DNA of 52,705 nt from an uncultured Candidatus Saccharibacteria bacterium (lineage in GTDB: Bacteria; Patescibacteriota; Minisyncoccia; Portnoybacterales; UBA2143), in NCBI GenBank assembly GCA_964556655.1, contig CAZKWY010000003.1:1-52705 (forward strand), given 5' to 3'. Position numbers and translations under genes: made by a program. The notes under the pieces are model-generated. The model was not told the origin of the DNA, searched no databases, and saw only the letters and a list, made by a program, of their open reading frames with translations. The stretch's first letter is position 1. Each line of letters opens with the position of its first letter. Shown here piece after piece: positions 25,643-35,117 of the stretch.

Positions 25643-26977
25643 TTAATCAAAATACTGGCTTTGGAAGTTGCCTGTTAAATTAATAACATAATCTGTCACT
25701 TTATGATAAATCCATTTTTGGTAATTGCCGCCAGCCAAATATTTGGCATAAGCAGTTCTCTCGCCAATTTCTGTTCTTTGGTTGGCTCCCCCATTAGAAA
25801 GCTTAATAGCCGCAGCCATAAAAGCGTCTTCAGGCCGCCATGGGCTCGGCGGACTATGCCCGGTTAAGCCAGCCACCTGATCTTTGTAGGCCAGCCAGGT
25901 AGCAGGCATAAATTGGGCAATGCCCATCGCCCCCCCGCATCCATACCACGGCTCAGCTGAAACTGGCTGAAGATCAGGATTAAGACCTAATTCTCGACAG
26001 ATTTGCAAAAAGGCGTTTTTCTGCTTTTCGGCAGTAGTGGTATAGCCCAGTCTAAGATAGCACTGATACATATCTTCTCGCCAATTACCTGTCCCTACAT
26101 TCAGTCCCAGCCTTGATTCCGCTTCCAAGACGCCCAAAAGATAAGCTGGCCTAATACCCGTTCTTGAGCCAGCCAGAATAGCATATTGCACAGCGTTGTC
26201 TAAAGAAAGATTGTATTTTTCCAATAAAGAAAGCTGCTCTTTAATATGGCCAATCTCGTTTTCTTTTCCTTTAATAAGCCTTTGATAACGATCCTCCTCT
26301 CCTTTGGTCTGGCCCAAAAGATTCTCCTTTTGGTTTTGCTTGCTTTCCACAGTATTCTTTTGAACTAACTGAAAAGATTTAAGGCGATTCTGCTCCTGCC
26401 TTTCTTCTTCTAAAACAAGCTTATCCTCTTCCATTTGGCTCTTGGCCTCTCTTAAGGAAGCCAAAGCACTGTGAATCTTTTCTTGGACTGTCTCCAAAGC
26501 ATTTAACTGATCAAAAAAATCAGAAAATCGTTTATTTTTAAGCATCACCTCAAAAAGGGCTTCTTTATCGTAATAACTGACTACTCTAATATATTCGCTT
26601 AAAATGTCCTTTTTTTCAGCCACAGTATTCCTTAGTCCCTTAATCTCTTCATCAAGCTGGTCTATTTCTAAGGTATTTCTCCTAATAACCAGATCAAGCT
26701 GGCTTATTTCAGCGCGATATTTATCAATTTCGTTCTCCAAAAGGCTAATATCGTTTTGTAGGCTTTTTGCTTTAGAACGATTTTTCTGAATTTCCTGCTG
26801 ATAATTATTAATTTCCTGCTGTTTCTGCCTAATTTGCTCTTCCAATTCTCTTTTGAGCTGTTCTGTGTTTTCTGCCGCTTTTAAATCATAAAAAAGAGGA
26901 AATGCCAAAAAAAGGATTAACACTGCTAGCAACCCTTTGCACAAAAAGTTTTTGTTTTTTTTAATTTTTATCCCCAC
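25643..26977 (-). CDS. Coiled-coil lytic murein transglycosylase
   Basis: Signal anchor, long coiled coil, AES catalytic Glu, GAMG.AQFMP.TW. Confidence 0.85.
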   Translation of the reverse strand: MGIKIKKNKNFLCKGLLAVLILFLAFPLFYDLKAAENTEQLKRELEEQIRQKQQEINNYQQEIQKNRSKAKSLQNDISLLENEIDKYRAEISQLDLVIRRNTLEIDQLDEEIKGLRNTVAEKKDILSEYIRVVSYYDKEALFEVMLKNKRFSDFFDQLNALETVQEKIHSALASLREAKSQMEEDKLVLEEERQEQNRLKSFQLVQKNTVESKQNQKENLLGQTKGEEDRYQRLIKGKENEIGHIKEQLSLLEKYNLSLDNAVQYAILAGSRTGIRPAYLLGVLEAESRLGLNVGTGNWREDMYQCYLRLGYTTTAEKQKNAFLQICRELGLNPDLQPVSAEPWYGCGGAMGIAQFMPATWLAYKDQVAGLTGHSPPSPWRPEDAFMAAAIKLSNGGANQRTEIGERTAYAKYLAGGNYQKWIYHKVTDYVINLTGNFQSQYFD

Positions 26978-27004
26978 TTTTTAAGAGAGTTCAGAAAATT
27001 AACT

Positions 27005-27694
27005 CTACGCCGCTGGTTCATTTCCTTCAGGAGCCAGCGATTCTTCGCCCCCCGCTTCTTCTTTGGCCTTGCCTTTTTCTTCAACTTCTACTTCTTCGGT
27101 TGATTCGACAGGAGCTTCGTCTAATTCTTCCAGCTCCTCTTGGCTTCGAGGAGGAACTACCGAGGCGACTGTCTCGTCAGGCTCAGCCATAATAGTAATT
27201 TTTTCAGAAGCTTTTAGATCTTTAATATGAATATTGTCGTCGAATGTTTTCAGAAAAGAAATATCTACCTTGATCTCATTAGGCAAATCTTGAGGTAAAG
27301 CTTCTACCTCTACATATTGAATATTTTTGATCAGCACGCCTCCTTCTCTTTCCACCGCTTCTGATTCTCCAACGAAAACAAGAGGCACTTCTACGGCAAT
27401 AGCTTCGTCCATTTTTACTTGATAAAAATCAACATGAATAGGATCGCCCTTAACAGGATCTTTGGCCACATCGTGGATTAAGACAGTTCTTTCTTCATCT
27501 CCGTCTATCTTTAGCTTAAGCAAAGTGCTTTCGCCAGCTTTTTTATAGGCCTTATTAAAGTTACTGCTATCCAGCATTAAATTAACATTGGCATCAGTAT
27601 GACCATACAGAACAGCCGGAACAAATCCATTTTTCCGGAAAGTTTTATTCTTAGAACCTAAAATTTGACGTTTTTTAGCCGATAATTCTAACAT
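27005..27694 (-). CDS. rplY: 50S ribosomal protein L25/Ctc
   Basis: VPAVLYGH, HVDFY, acidic tail; start moved to MLEL. Confidence 0.95.
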   Translation of the reverse strand: MLELSAKKRQILGSKNKTFRKNGFVPAVLYGHTDANVNLMLDSSNFNKAYKKAGESTLLKLKIDGDEERTVLIHDVAKDPVKGDPIHVDFYQVKMDEAIAVEVPLVFVGESEAVEREGGVLIKNIQYVEVEALPQDLPNEIKVDISFLKTFDDNIHIKDLKASEKITIMAEPDETVASVVPPRSQEELEELDEAPVESTEEVEVEEKGKAKEEAGGEESLAPEGNEPAA

Positions 27695-27761
27695 ACCTAG
27701 TATCATAAACAAAAAAAGCTCCCTGGTCAAGGAAATGGCCCAGCGCGATCTAAGCGCTAAA

Positions 27762-27944
27762 TTATTCCTGTTCTTTAACAGCTTCCACTGGACAGATCTC
27801 TTTGGCCTCTTCTAGGCAGGGAAATTCTTCGTATCCCTCTTTTAAAGAGGCCTTGCCTTCCTCATCAAGCTCAAAAGCCTCTTCGCAAACTGCCACGCAG
27901 CTTCCGCAGCCAATACATTTTTCTCTATCAATGGTTATTTTCAT
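27762..27944 (-). CDS. Ferredoxin
   Basis: CIGCGSC...C and CPV. Confidence 0.92.
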   Translation of the reverse strand: MKITIDREKCIGCGSCVAVCEEAFELDEEGKASLKEGYEEFPCLEEAKEICPVEAVKEQE

Positions 27945-28689
27945 TATTGAAAACAATCTTTTTGATTTGTTCGGTTATTTCATAAGGGTCCTCCCTTTGC
28001 CAAACATTTCTTCCCACTGCCAAACCAATCGCTCCTGCTGACATAATGCTACTAACTACTTCTAAAAACTTATCGTCAGAAACTTTAGGTCCGCCAGATA
28101 AAACTACTTTGGTTTTACCTGCCGCCCGAACAGCACCAGCAAAAGCTTCTTCTGATCCGCAGTATTTTATTTTAACCATATCAGCGCCTAATTCAAGCCC
28201 CAGCCGAGCAGCATAAGCGGTAATTTCCGGAGAAGAGTCGTTTTCCACGGCCTTGCCGCGCGGATACATCCAGCCGATTACCGCCATTCCTTGACAATGG
28301 GCCTGTTCAACTATTCTACCAAATTCCCTTAGCATAAGGTACTCATATTTGCTCCCTAAATAAACCGTATATCCCACAGCACAAGCGCCTAATGCCGCCG
28401 CTTCTTCAACAGAGCAAAGCTGGACAGAAAGCGGCTCGCCTTGAGGTATTCTTGTCTTCCCATTGAGCTTGATAATGAGCGGCATTTTATCCTCGTAGCC
28501 AGGATAATATTTTTCTGCCACTCCTTTTTGCAGAACTACGCCGCTATAGCCCCCTTTGACAGCAAGATCCAGAATGTATTTTGGGTCAATGCTTTTGCCG
28601 ATTAGATCAACTGGACCATGCTCCATGCCATGATCGTAAGCAAGATAAATCGCTTTTTCCCTTGTAGTAATTTTTGATAAATCGTTCAT
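27928..28689 (-). CDS. Class I (DhnA-type) fructose-bisphosphate aldolase family
   Basis: AYDHGMEHGP, KLNG, YPRG, ELGADMVK, SGG, GRNVWQ. Confidence 0.9.
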   Translation of the reverse strand: MNDLSKITTREKAIYLAYDHGMEHGPVDLIGKSIDPKYILDLAVKGGYSGVVLQKGVAEKYYPGYEDKMPLIIKLNGKTRIPQGEPLSVQLCSVEEAAALGACAVGYTVYLGSKYEYLMLREFGRIVEQAHCQGMAVIGWMYPRGKAVENDSSPEITAYAARLGLELGADMVKIKYCGSEEAFAGAVRAAGKTKVVLSGGPKVSDDKFLEVVSSIMSAGAIGLAVGRNVWQREDPYEITEQIKKIVFNNENNH

Positions 28690-28754
28690 TGTTCAAAAGC
28701 TTTAATGCGAAAAAGTGACAATTTTACAATTAACAACTGTCCGCAAAAAAAACT

Positions 28755-30017
28755 CTACAAAATTAAATGCCCTTTACACAAATTATCCATTAACGACTCA
28801 TCCATACGCGGCTCCCCTAAATAATCAATAAAAACTTTATTCCAAATAGCTTCCTGTTGGTGATAGCAATATCTTGACTCAAAATCAGCCTTATGGAGCA
28901 AAGAAATACCATTGTCAAAAAGATTAAAACTGATAAGCTCTTCTCCGCCGTCAAAAGAGAAAAAATCAGCCACTGCCTGCGTGTCGTTCCAAAAACCCAG
29001 CCCAGCTTCAGGGAAGCGATTGCTAAACTTTTTAAGGACGGAAGAAACGCTGTAATAATGCCACGCTTCTGTATTAATGCGAGGCTCGAATAGGCGCGGA
29101 TCATGGGGGTCTTTTTTAGCCAAATATTTTGAAAGCACTCGCCAGGCAACACCATCTCCTTTAGGCAGAGGATCCTTGCTCGCTTTTACTTTTAGCGCTT
29201 CGATCATTTTTTTAGCAAAATTCGGCTCTTGGCTATATCTTTCAAAAAGGCGCGCGTGCCAATCTACTTCATAAGCGTAGTGAAGAGTCATAAAAAAAAG
29301 ATAAAGGATTTCTCCAGAAAGATTACTGCCTGTAGGAATGACAAAGACAATGCCCATTTCCTTTAAATGACTCATATGATGAAGCTTTTCTTCCAAAAAA
29401 CTCTTCCCTGCGCCAGCCCACTTTTGCGGCAAGACAATAATCTTAATTTCTCTTTTCTCAAAATCATCTTTAGTAAGATCGCTATAGGGCTTGAAAAAAA
29501 CTTCGTTAAGCCAATCGCCATCTTCAATAAATCTTAGAGCGCAAAAAATCTCAAAGATATCTTCTTTTTCTATCATTTTCTCCAAATCATCTCCGTATCC
29601 CAAGCTACGCATAATCTTTTGAGGGGGGTTAATCCGCAAAAGCTCTTTGGCTTTCTCCTCCTTGAGATAAAAGCCCAGCATGTTGCCAGTTAACTCCTTG
29701 GCAGCGTTAACCATGCTGCGATAGCCCGCTTCGGTAGAAAAATCAGGCTTGCGAAAATGCTTAAATAAAGAGTCATTTGACGCTTTAGCTTTTTCCGTTA
29801 AAAGTTGATGAATTTTTTGCGGATCAATTTTGAAAAAATCTCCTTCCTTGCCCAATCCTAAATCAGCCAATTTTTCTCTTGTCTGATGTTCGTTTTCCCT
29901 TACTATTTCATTAAGCACGCCTTTCTTGTTGCTTACTTCTTCCATCCGAACCTCCAGCCAACTGACCATTTCTTTGGAAGCGCCCAATAATTTAGAAATT
30001 TTAGAAAGATAGTCCAT
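28755..30017 (-). CDS. Hypothetical protein
   Basis: 420-aa uninterrupted ORF within the operon; His-rich LHHMSHLKE and LHYAYE segments. Confidence 0.75.
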   Translation of the reverse strand: MDYLSKISKLLGASKEMVSWLEVRMEEVSNKKGVLNEIVRENEHQTREKLADLGLGKEGDFFKIDPQKIHQLLTEKAKASNDSLFKHFRKPDFSTEAGYRSMVNAAKELTGNMLGFYLKEEKAKELLRINPPQKIMRSLGYGDDLEKMIEKEDIFEIFCALRFIEDGDWLNEVFFKPYSDLTKDDFEKREIKIIVLPQKWAGAGKSFLEEKLHHMSHLKEMGIVFVIPTGSNLSGEILYLFFMTLHYAYEVDWHARLFERYSQEPNFAKKMIEALKVKASKDPLPKGDGVAWRVLSKYLAKKDPHDPRLFEPRINTEAWHYYSVSSVLKKFSNRFPEAGLGFWNDTQAVADFFSFDGGEELISFNLFDNGISLLHKADFESRYCYHQQEAIWNKVFIDYLGEPRMDESLMDNLCKGHLIL

Positions 30018-30043
30018 ATTTTTCTCCCTCCCTCAGATAAAAA

Positions 30044-30535
30044 CTAATCGCTCCACCAATTATTAGCCGGAGCATCATAAGGCGGCTCCGGACCTAACTC
30101 ATAGCAACACCCATTGCCGTCGTTATAAAAGCCATTATCCTGATCGGCTAGAGGATAATTGCCTGAATATTCAAAACGGCATCTTAGGCCATAGCCCGGA
30201 AAGTCATTCTCCTCTCCTCCATCATAGCCATACCAATAATTACCCGTATTAGAAGGATCTTTGGGCAAAGAAGATAGATAAGGAGAAAGATCGGCCTCTA
30301 AAAGACTCCATCCTGGGCCATTGCTTTGTACGTGCCTCGCGGGGTAAGAAGCATCGTGATCGCTTTGGTAGAGCTCTAGGGCTGTCTGAATTTGCCTTAA
30401 ATCTTCCAAGCGCGAGGCATCTCTTGATTTTTTTCTGGCACTGCCCAAAGAGATTAAAGTCAAAGTAGCCATAAGGCCGATAATAGCCACTACGATTAAA
30501 AGCTCCATAATGGTAAATCCTTTTTGTCTTTTCAT
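30044..30535 (-). CDS. Type IV pilin/GspG-like prepilin
   Basis: KG|FTIMELLIVVAIIG, SRDA.R..DL.QI..ALELY. Confidence 0.92.
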   Translation of the reverse strand: MKRQKGFTIMELLIVVAIIGLMATLTLISLGSARKKSRDASRLEDLRQIQTALELYQSDHDASYPARHVQSNGPGWSLLEADLSPYLSSLPKDPSNTGNYWYGYDGGEENDFPGYGLRCRFEYSGNYPLADQDNGFYNDGNGCCYELGPEPPYDAPANNWWSD

Positions 30536-30540
30536 AAAAA

Positions 30541-31527
30541 CTATATCTTTTCTTTAATAATCTTGACCTTTTCCCACGGGCCCCAATCTCCTTTCTTTAG
30601 CAAGCCTCGCGCCGCGCCAAATTCCTGTAAAACAGCTGTCGCGTTGGCAGTTCCCAGCTGAATAGCATATCCAATGTCTTCTTTCTTTACATACCCGGCA
30701 GTAAAGCCAGAACCAAAGGCATCCCCTGCTCCAGTGCGATCAACTAAATCAGATTCAGGGATGCCGGCGCAATAACGATAGCGGCCGTCAGAAGCCACCG
30801 CCCCTTCAGGCCCTTTAGTCATAACTACGATCCCTTTGACCATCTCATCTAAAACAGAAAAAATCTCTTCTTCTTTATCATAGCTAATGCCGGTAATAAT
30901 AGACGCTTCTTCTTGATTGACAAATAAAATATCTATTTTGCCTAAAAAACTTTTTAGATTGTCCAGACCGTCAGAAAGCTGCTCTTGGCCGACTGGATTA
31001 GCCGCTACCTTAATTCCTTCTTTTTCCGCGTATTCTACTACTGATTTAACTACTTTCCATGAATTACCAGATAAAGAAGCCAGATAAAACCATTTGCTTT
31101 TTAATTTAGAAAAATCAATATCTTTTTCTTCTATTTCATGGCAGGCGCCCAGTTTTTTTAAAATGGAACGACCTTCTTTGGGCTTTGATAAAACTACTGA
31201 AAAAGCTGTGGGATGGCTGTCAGTTTCTATTAGCAAATCAGGAGAAACATCATTATCAGCCAACTCTTTTTTGACTCCTTCCCCCATAATATCCTTGCCG
31301 ATTTTGCCGAAATATCCTGCCTGATATCCCTGTCGAGAAAAAGTCACTGCTGAATTAGCGCCTGTTCCACCCATAGAGATAAAAACTTCGTCCATTTTCA
31401 TTTTTGATCCCAAGGGCACCGCTAGAGCTTTTTGGGTTAAAAAATTCTTATCTTCTATTAACTTAAATTCATCGCTGCTTAAATAAATATCTTGGGTTGC
31501 CGAACCCATAGTAATAATGTCATACAT
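30541..31527 (-). CDS. PfkB family carbohydrate kinase
   Basis: GG.GAN.A, N.EEA, T.GPEG, DRTGAGDAFGSG. Confidence 0.92.
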   Translation of the reverse strand: MYDIITMGSATQDIYLSSDEFKLIEDKNFLTQKALAVPLGSKMKMDEVFISMGGTGANSAVTFSRQGYQAGYFGKIGKDIMGEGVKKELADNDVSPDLLIETDSHPTAFSVVLSKPKEGRSILKKLGACHEIEEKDIDFSKLKSKWFYLASLSGNSWKVVKSVVEYAEKEGIKVAANPVGQEQLSDGLDNLKSFLGKIDILFVNQEEASIITGISYDKEEEIFSVLDEMVKGIVVMTKGPEGAVASDGRYRYCAGIPESDLVDRTGAGDAFGSGFTAGYVKKEDIGYAIQLGTANATAVLQEFGAARGLLKKGDWGPWEKVKIIKEKI

Positions 31528-31572
31528 AGATTAGTCTATCCTGCTTTTAATTTCCTACACACCAGCCATTAA

Positions 31573-32046
31573 TTAATTCCACCAAAAACCTGTTTTAGGA
31601 GGGTCAGGCCCTAACTCATAGCCATATGTAACCGCGCCTATAACAAGACCGTTAAAATCTCCGTTATCCTCGCCAAGCAGAGAGAAATTTCCCGAGTGTT
31701 CAAAACCGCACATTATTCCATAGCCATCCCCCTCGCTGTCATAAAAATAAAACGTACCGTCTACTGGATCATTAGGCATTGTTGAAAGATAGGGGGCTAA
31801 ATCAGATTCAAGGCCGCTCCATTCACTATTACCGCTAAAAGCCCTGTCCCTTAATGGATAGCTTTCGTTATCGTTAAAATACATCTCTAAAGCGTTAACC
31901 ATTGTTCTCATATCTGATATCCTTCTCGCGTCTCTGCTTTTTACCCTCGCTGTGTTGATACTGGCAATAGTAAGAGTAGCCAGCAAACCGATAATGGCAA
32001 ATACCACCAATAGCTCAATAATAGTAAATCCTTCTTGTTTTCTCAT
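31573..32046 (-). CDS. Type IV pilin/GspG-like prepilin
   Basis: EG|FTIIELLVVFAIIG, SRDARR.SD....ALEMY. Confidence 0.92.
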   Translation of the reverse strand: MRKQEGFTIIELLVVFAIIGLLATLTIASINTARVKSRDARRISDMRTMVNALEMYFNDNESYPLRDRAFSGNSEWSGLESDLAPYLSTMPNDPVDGTFYFYDSEGDGYGIMCGFEHSGNFSLLGEDNGDFNGLVIGAVTYGYELGPDPPKTGFWWN

Positions 32047-32087
32047 TTAAATAAAACAATGGTTTTGTTTTTTGCGCTCTGCCTCTC

Positions 32088-33062
32088 CTATTTTTTTCTT
32101 TTAACAACCTTTTTTACTGCCTCTTTGATATCATCTGCCAACAGATGAAATTCTTTCATTAATTCTTCCGGCTGGCCAGATTCGCCAAATCTGTCTTGGA
32201 CACCAACCATTTCTACTGGGACAGGACATTTTTTAGCTAGCGCTTCGCAGACAGCGCTACCCATACCGCCCATTACTTGATGGTCTTCCGCTGTTACCAC
32301 CGCGCCCGTCTTTTCAGCCGCTCCTATAATCGTCTCTTCGTCAATAGGCTTAATGGTAGGATTATTAATCACTTCCACAGAAAGCCCTTCTTCTTCTAGG
32401 TGATGGGACGCCAAAAGAGCCTCGTGGACTGTCGGACCGCAGGCAATAATGGTCGCATCCGCGCCCTTTTTAAAAACTTGCGCCTTGCCAATAACAAAAG
32501 GGGTCTCTTTGATAGTGAAGACAGGGGTCGCTTCACGGGCAAATCTTAAATAGACAGGACCCTTCATTTGCCCGGCGGCAATAGTGGCCTTTTTTGTTTC
32601 TTCGGCATCGCAAGGAGCTAAAACGGTCATCTTAGGCAAACATCTGGTGATGGCAATATCTTCCAACCCTTGATGGGTAGCTCCGTCCGGGCCCACCGAG
32701 ACACCAGCATGAGCGCCCGTAAGCTTAACGTTAACTTCATTATAAGCCACGCTAATTCTTAACTGATCCCAATTACGACCGGGACAAAAAACAGAATAGG
32801 TAGAAACAAAAGGTATTTTTCCCACCAATGCCAGACCAGCAGCCATGCACATCATATTCTGTTCGGCAATTCCTGTTTGAATAAACCGTTCTGGAAATTC
32901 ATCTTTAAACATTTTTGAACGCGTAGAGCCGGTTAGATCAGCGCATAAGACAACAACATTTTCGTTTTTTTTGCCTAATTCTACTAATCCTTCGCCATAG
33001 CCGTCTCGCGTTGGCTTTTGTTCTAATTGGTCTTTTTGATAAAGGTTTTTTGCTAAATCCAT
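32088..33062 (-). CDS. Transketolase, C-terminal subunit
   Basis: ADL..ST, GIAEQNM, GPDGATHQ, TAEDH. Confidence 0.93.
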   Translation of the reverse strand: MDLAKNLYQKDQLEQKPTRDGYGEGLVELGKKNENVVVLCADLTGSTRSKMFKDEFPERFIQTGIAEQNMMCMAAGLALVGKIPFVSTYSVFCPGRNWDQLRISVAYNEVNVKLTGAHAGVSVGPDGATHQGLEDIAITRCLPKMTVLAPCDAEETKKATIAAGQMKGPVYLRFAREATPVFTIKETPFVIGKAQVFKKGADATIIACGPTVHEALLASHHLEEEGLSVEVINNPTIKPIDEETIIGAAEKTGAVVTAEDHQVMGGMGSAVCEALAKKCPVPVEMVGVQDRFGESGQPEELMKEFHLLADDIKEAVKKVVKRKK

Positions 33063-33126
33063 AGAATTCTATTAAAGAGCCACAACAGCAAGCACAAAAT
33101 GCTGGCTGTTTCGACAGATAAATAAT

Positions 33127-33984
33127 TTATTCATGTTCGCCTTTGATTTTTCCCCCTAGAGTCCTTAAACAATCAAGAGCTTTTTCCCCTTCCTCTTCAC
33201 CAGGAGCTTTGCCATGCCAAGAATACTCCCACTCAATGAAATCTACTCCTTTGCCCGGAATGGTGTGGGCAATAATAAGGCTTGGTTTTTCAAAAATGGC
33301 TTTGGATTCATTGCAGGCGTCAATAATCTCTCTAATGTTATGCCCGTCTACCTCTTGAACATGCCATCCAAAAGCTTCGTATTTGTCTTTCAATGGTTCC
33401 AGAGGCATAACATCTTCCGTATAGCCATCGATCTGGATATTATTGCGGTCCATAATCTGGGTGATATTAAAAAGGCGGTTTTTGCCAGCAAACATAGCCG
33501 CTTCCCACGGCTGGCCCTCATCTGTTTCTCCATCGCTAGTTAAACACCAAACCCAATTTTTCTTTTTGTCGAATTTAGTAAAAGAATAGGCCATACCGCA
33601 AGCGATGGACAGGCCTTGGCCTAAAGAGCCGCCTGAAGTTTCCACCCCCGGAGTCTCTAATCGACTTGGATGCCCCTGTAAAATACTGCCTAGTTTTCTA
33701 AGGGTCTTTAGCTCTTTCATATCAAAAAAGCCCGCCCGCGCCAAAGCCGCGTACCACACCGGACAAATATGAGCATTTGAGAGCACGACATAGTCTCTTT
33801 CCTCCCAGTCCAGTTTTTTGGCATCATATTTAACTACTCCGCCAAAATAAAGAGCGGCAAAAACATCCGCCATACCCAAAGAGCCGGCCGAATGGCCGGA
33901 TTTTGCTTCCACGAGCATCTCAATAACGTCTTTGCGAAGAACATTAGCCTGATTCTGTAATTCTTTTATCTCCATTATCTCCAT
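33127..33984 (-). CDS. Transketolase, N-terminal subunit
   Basis: SGH..GSL, LQGHP, GSLGQG, SDGE..EG..WEA TPP motif, WHGKAP. Confidence 0.93.
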   Translation of the reverse strand: MEIMEIKELQNQANVLRKDVIEMLVEAKSGHSAGSLGMADVFAALYFGGVVKYDAKKLDWEERDYVVLSNAHICPVWYAALARAGFFDMKELKTLRKLGSILQGHPSRLETPGVETSGGSLGQGLSIACGMAYSFTKFDKKKNWVWCLTSDGETDEGQPWEAAMFAGKNRLFNITQIMDRNNIQIDGYTEDVMPLEPLKDKYEAFGWHVQEVDGHNIREIIDACNESKAIFEKPSLIIAHTIPGKGVDFIEWEYSWHGKAPGEEEGEKALDCLRTLGGKIKGEHE

Positions 33985-33999
33985 AATTTTATATTAAAG

Positions 34000-34632
34000 C
34001 TATTTGCTTTCTCTTAATTGATTAATGTTTTCCTCTATTTTGTTGTTATAAAAAACAGCGCTTCCGCTAACTAAAATATTCGCCCCCGCCTGAACAACCT
34101 TTGGAGCTGTTTTTGGGTTTATACCCCCATCTACTTCTATTTTAACATTAGGATAATTTTCACGCAAACGCTTTATTTTTGCCAAAGTATCTTCTATCAA
34201 CTCCTGCCCTCCTCTGCCCGGCTCTACCGTCATTACTAAAACTAGATCAAGGCGAGGAAGATACGGCTCTACTACTTCAAAAGGAGTTTTTGGATTTATA
34301 GCTAAACCTACTCCCAAGCCAGCTTCTTTTATTCTTTTAATAGCTTCTTTAGCGTCAGCCACGGCTTCGCAATGAAGGATAATTCTTTTAACTCCGCTTT
34401 TAATCCAATTCGCTAGAGCGTTTTCCGGATTAATAATCATTAAATGCGCTTCCAGTTTAATCTTTGTCTCTAATTTTCTCAAATCTTGGGGATTATTCCA
34501 AGTATAGTTATCCACAAACCTCCCATCCATCACATCTAACTGCGCCCACTCCACATAAGGCTCAACCAATTTTATTTTTTCCTCCAGCTCTTTAAAATCA
34601 CTGGCGATAATGGCAGGAATTATTTCAATCAT
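34000..34632 (-). CDS. rpe: Ribulose-phosphate 3-epimerase
   Basis: DVMDG.FV, HLM, VMTV.PG.GGQ, VDGGI, VSGS. Confidence 0.93.
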   Translation of the reverse strand: MIEIIPAIIASDFKELEEKIKLVEPYVEWAQLDVMDGRFVDNYTWNNPQDLRKLETKIKLEAHLMIINPENALANWIKSGVKRIILHCEAVADAKEAIKRIKEAGLGVGLAINPKTPFEVVEPYLPRLDLVLVMTVEPGRGGQELIEDTLAKIKRLRENYPNVKIEVDGGINPKTAPKVVQAGANILVSGSAVFYNNKIEENINQLRESK

Positions 34633-35077
34633 AGTTTTGTTTATTAGCCAAAGACTCTATTTTTTCTATCCTTCTGATATGCCTTTCCTCCCGGCTAAAA
34701 TCCGTATCTAGCCAAGTCCGAACAATTTTTTTGGCTGTTTCTGGATCTAAAACTTTTCCTGCCAAACAAATAATATTGGCGTTGTTGTGCTCTTTGGCCT
34801 GAGTGGCGGTAAATTCATCCCAAACTAAAGCGGCTCTCACTCCTCTAATCTTATTAGCCGCCATGCACATGCCAATACCCGTCGCGCAAAACAAAATGCC
34901 CAGCCCGTTGCTTTTAACTGTTTTTTCGGCCACCTTAAAGGCAAAATCAGGGTAATCGTCTTGAGAGTCTAATTCAGTGTTGCCAAGATCTTCGTATCCT
35001 TTGCTAAGCTCTTCAAGATATTTTTTAATTTCTTCTTTTAAATGCCAACCCGCGTGGTCAGCTCCTAAATAGATCAT
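34625..35077 (-). CDS. rpiB: Ribose-5-phosphate isomerase B
   Basis: GADHAG, DYPD, C.TGIG...AANK, HNNAN, RH.RR; start moved to MIYLG. Confidence 0.93.
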   Translation of the reverse strand: MIYLGADHAGWHLKEEIKKYLEELSKGYEDLGNTELDSQDDYPDFAFKVAEKTVKSNGLGILFCATGIGMCMAANKIRGVRAALVWDEFTATQAKEHNNANIICLAGKVLDPETAKKIVRTWLDTDFSREERHIRRIEKIESLANKQNYD

Positions 35078-35117
35078 TTTAAAAACTAAAAAGGCAATTA
35101 AATTTTTGGCGGTTGCT

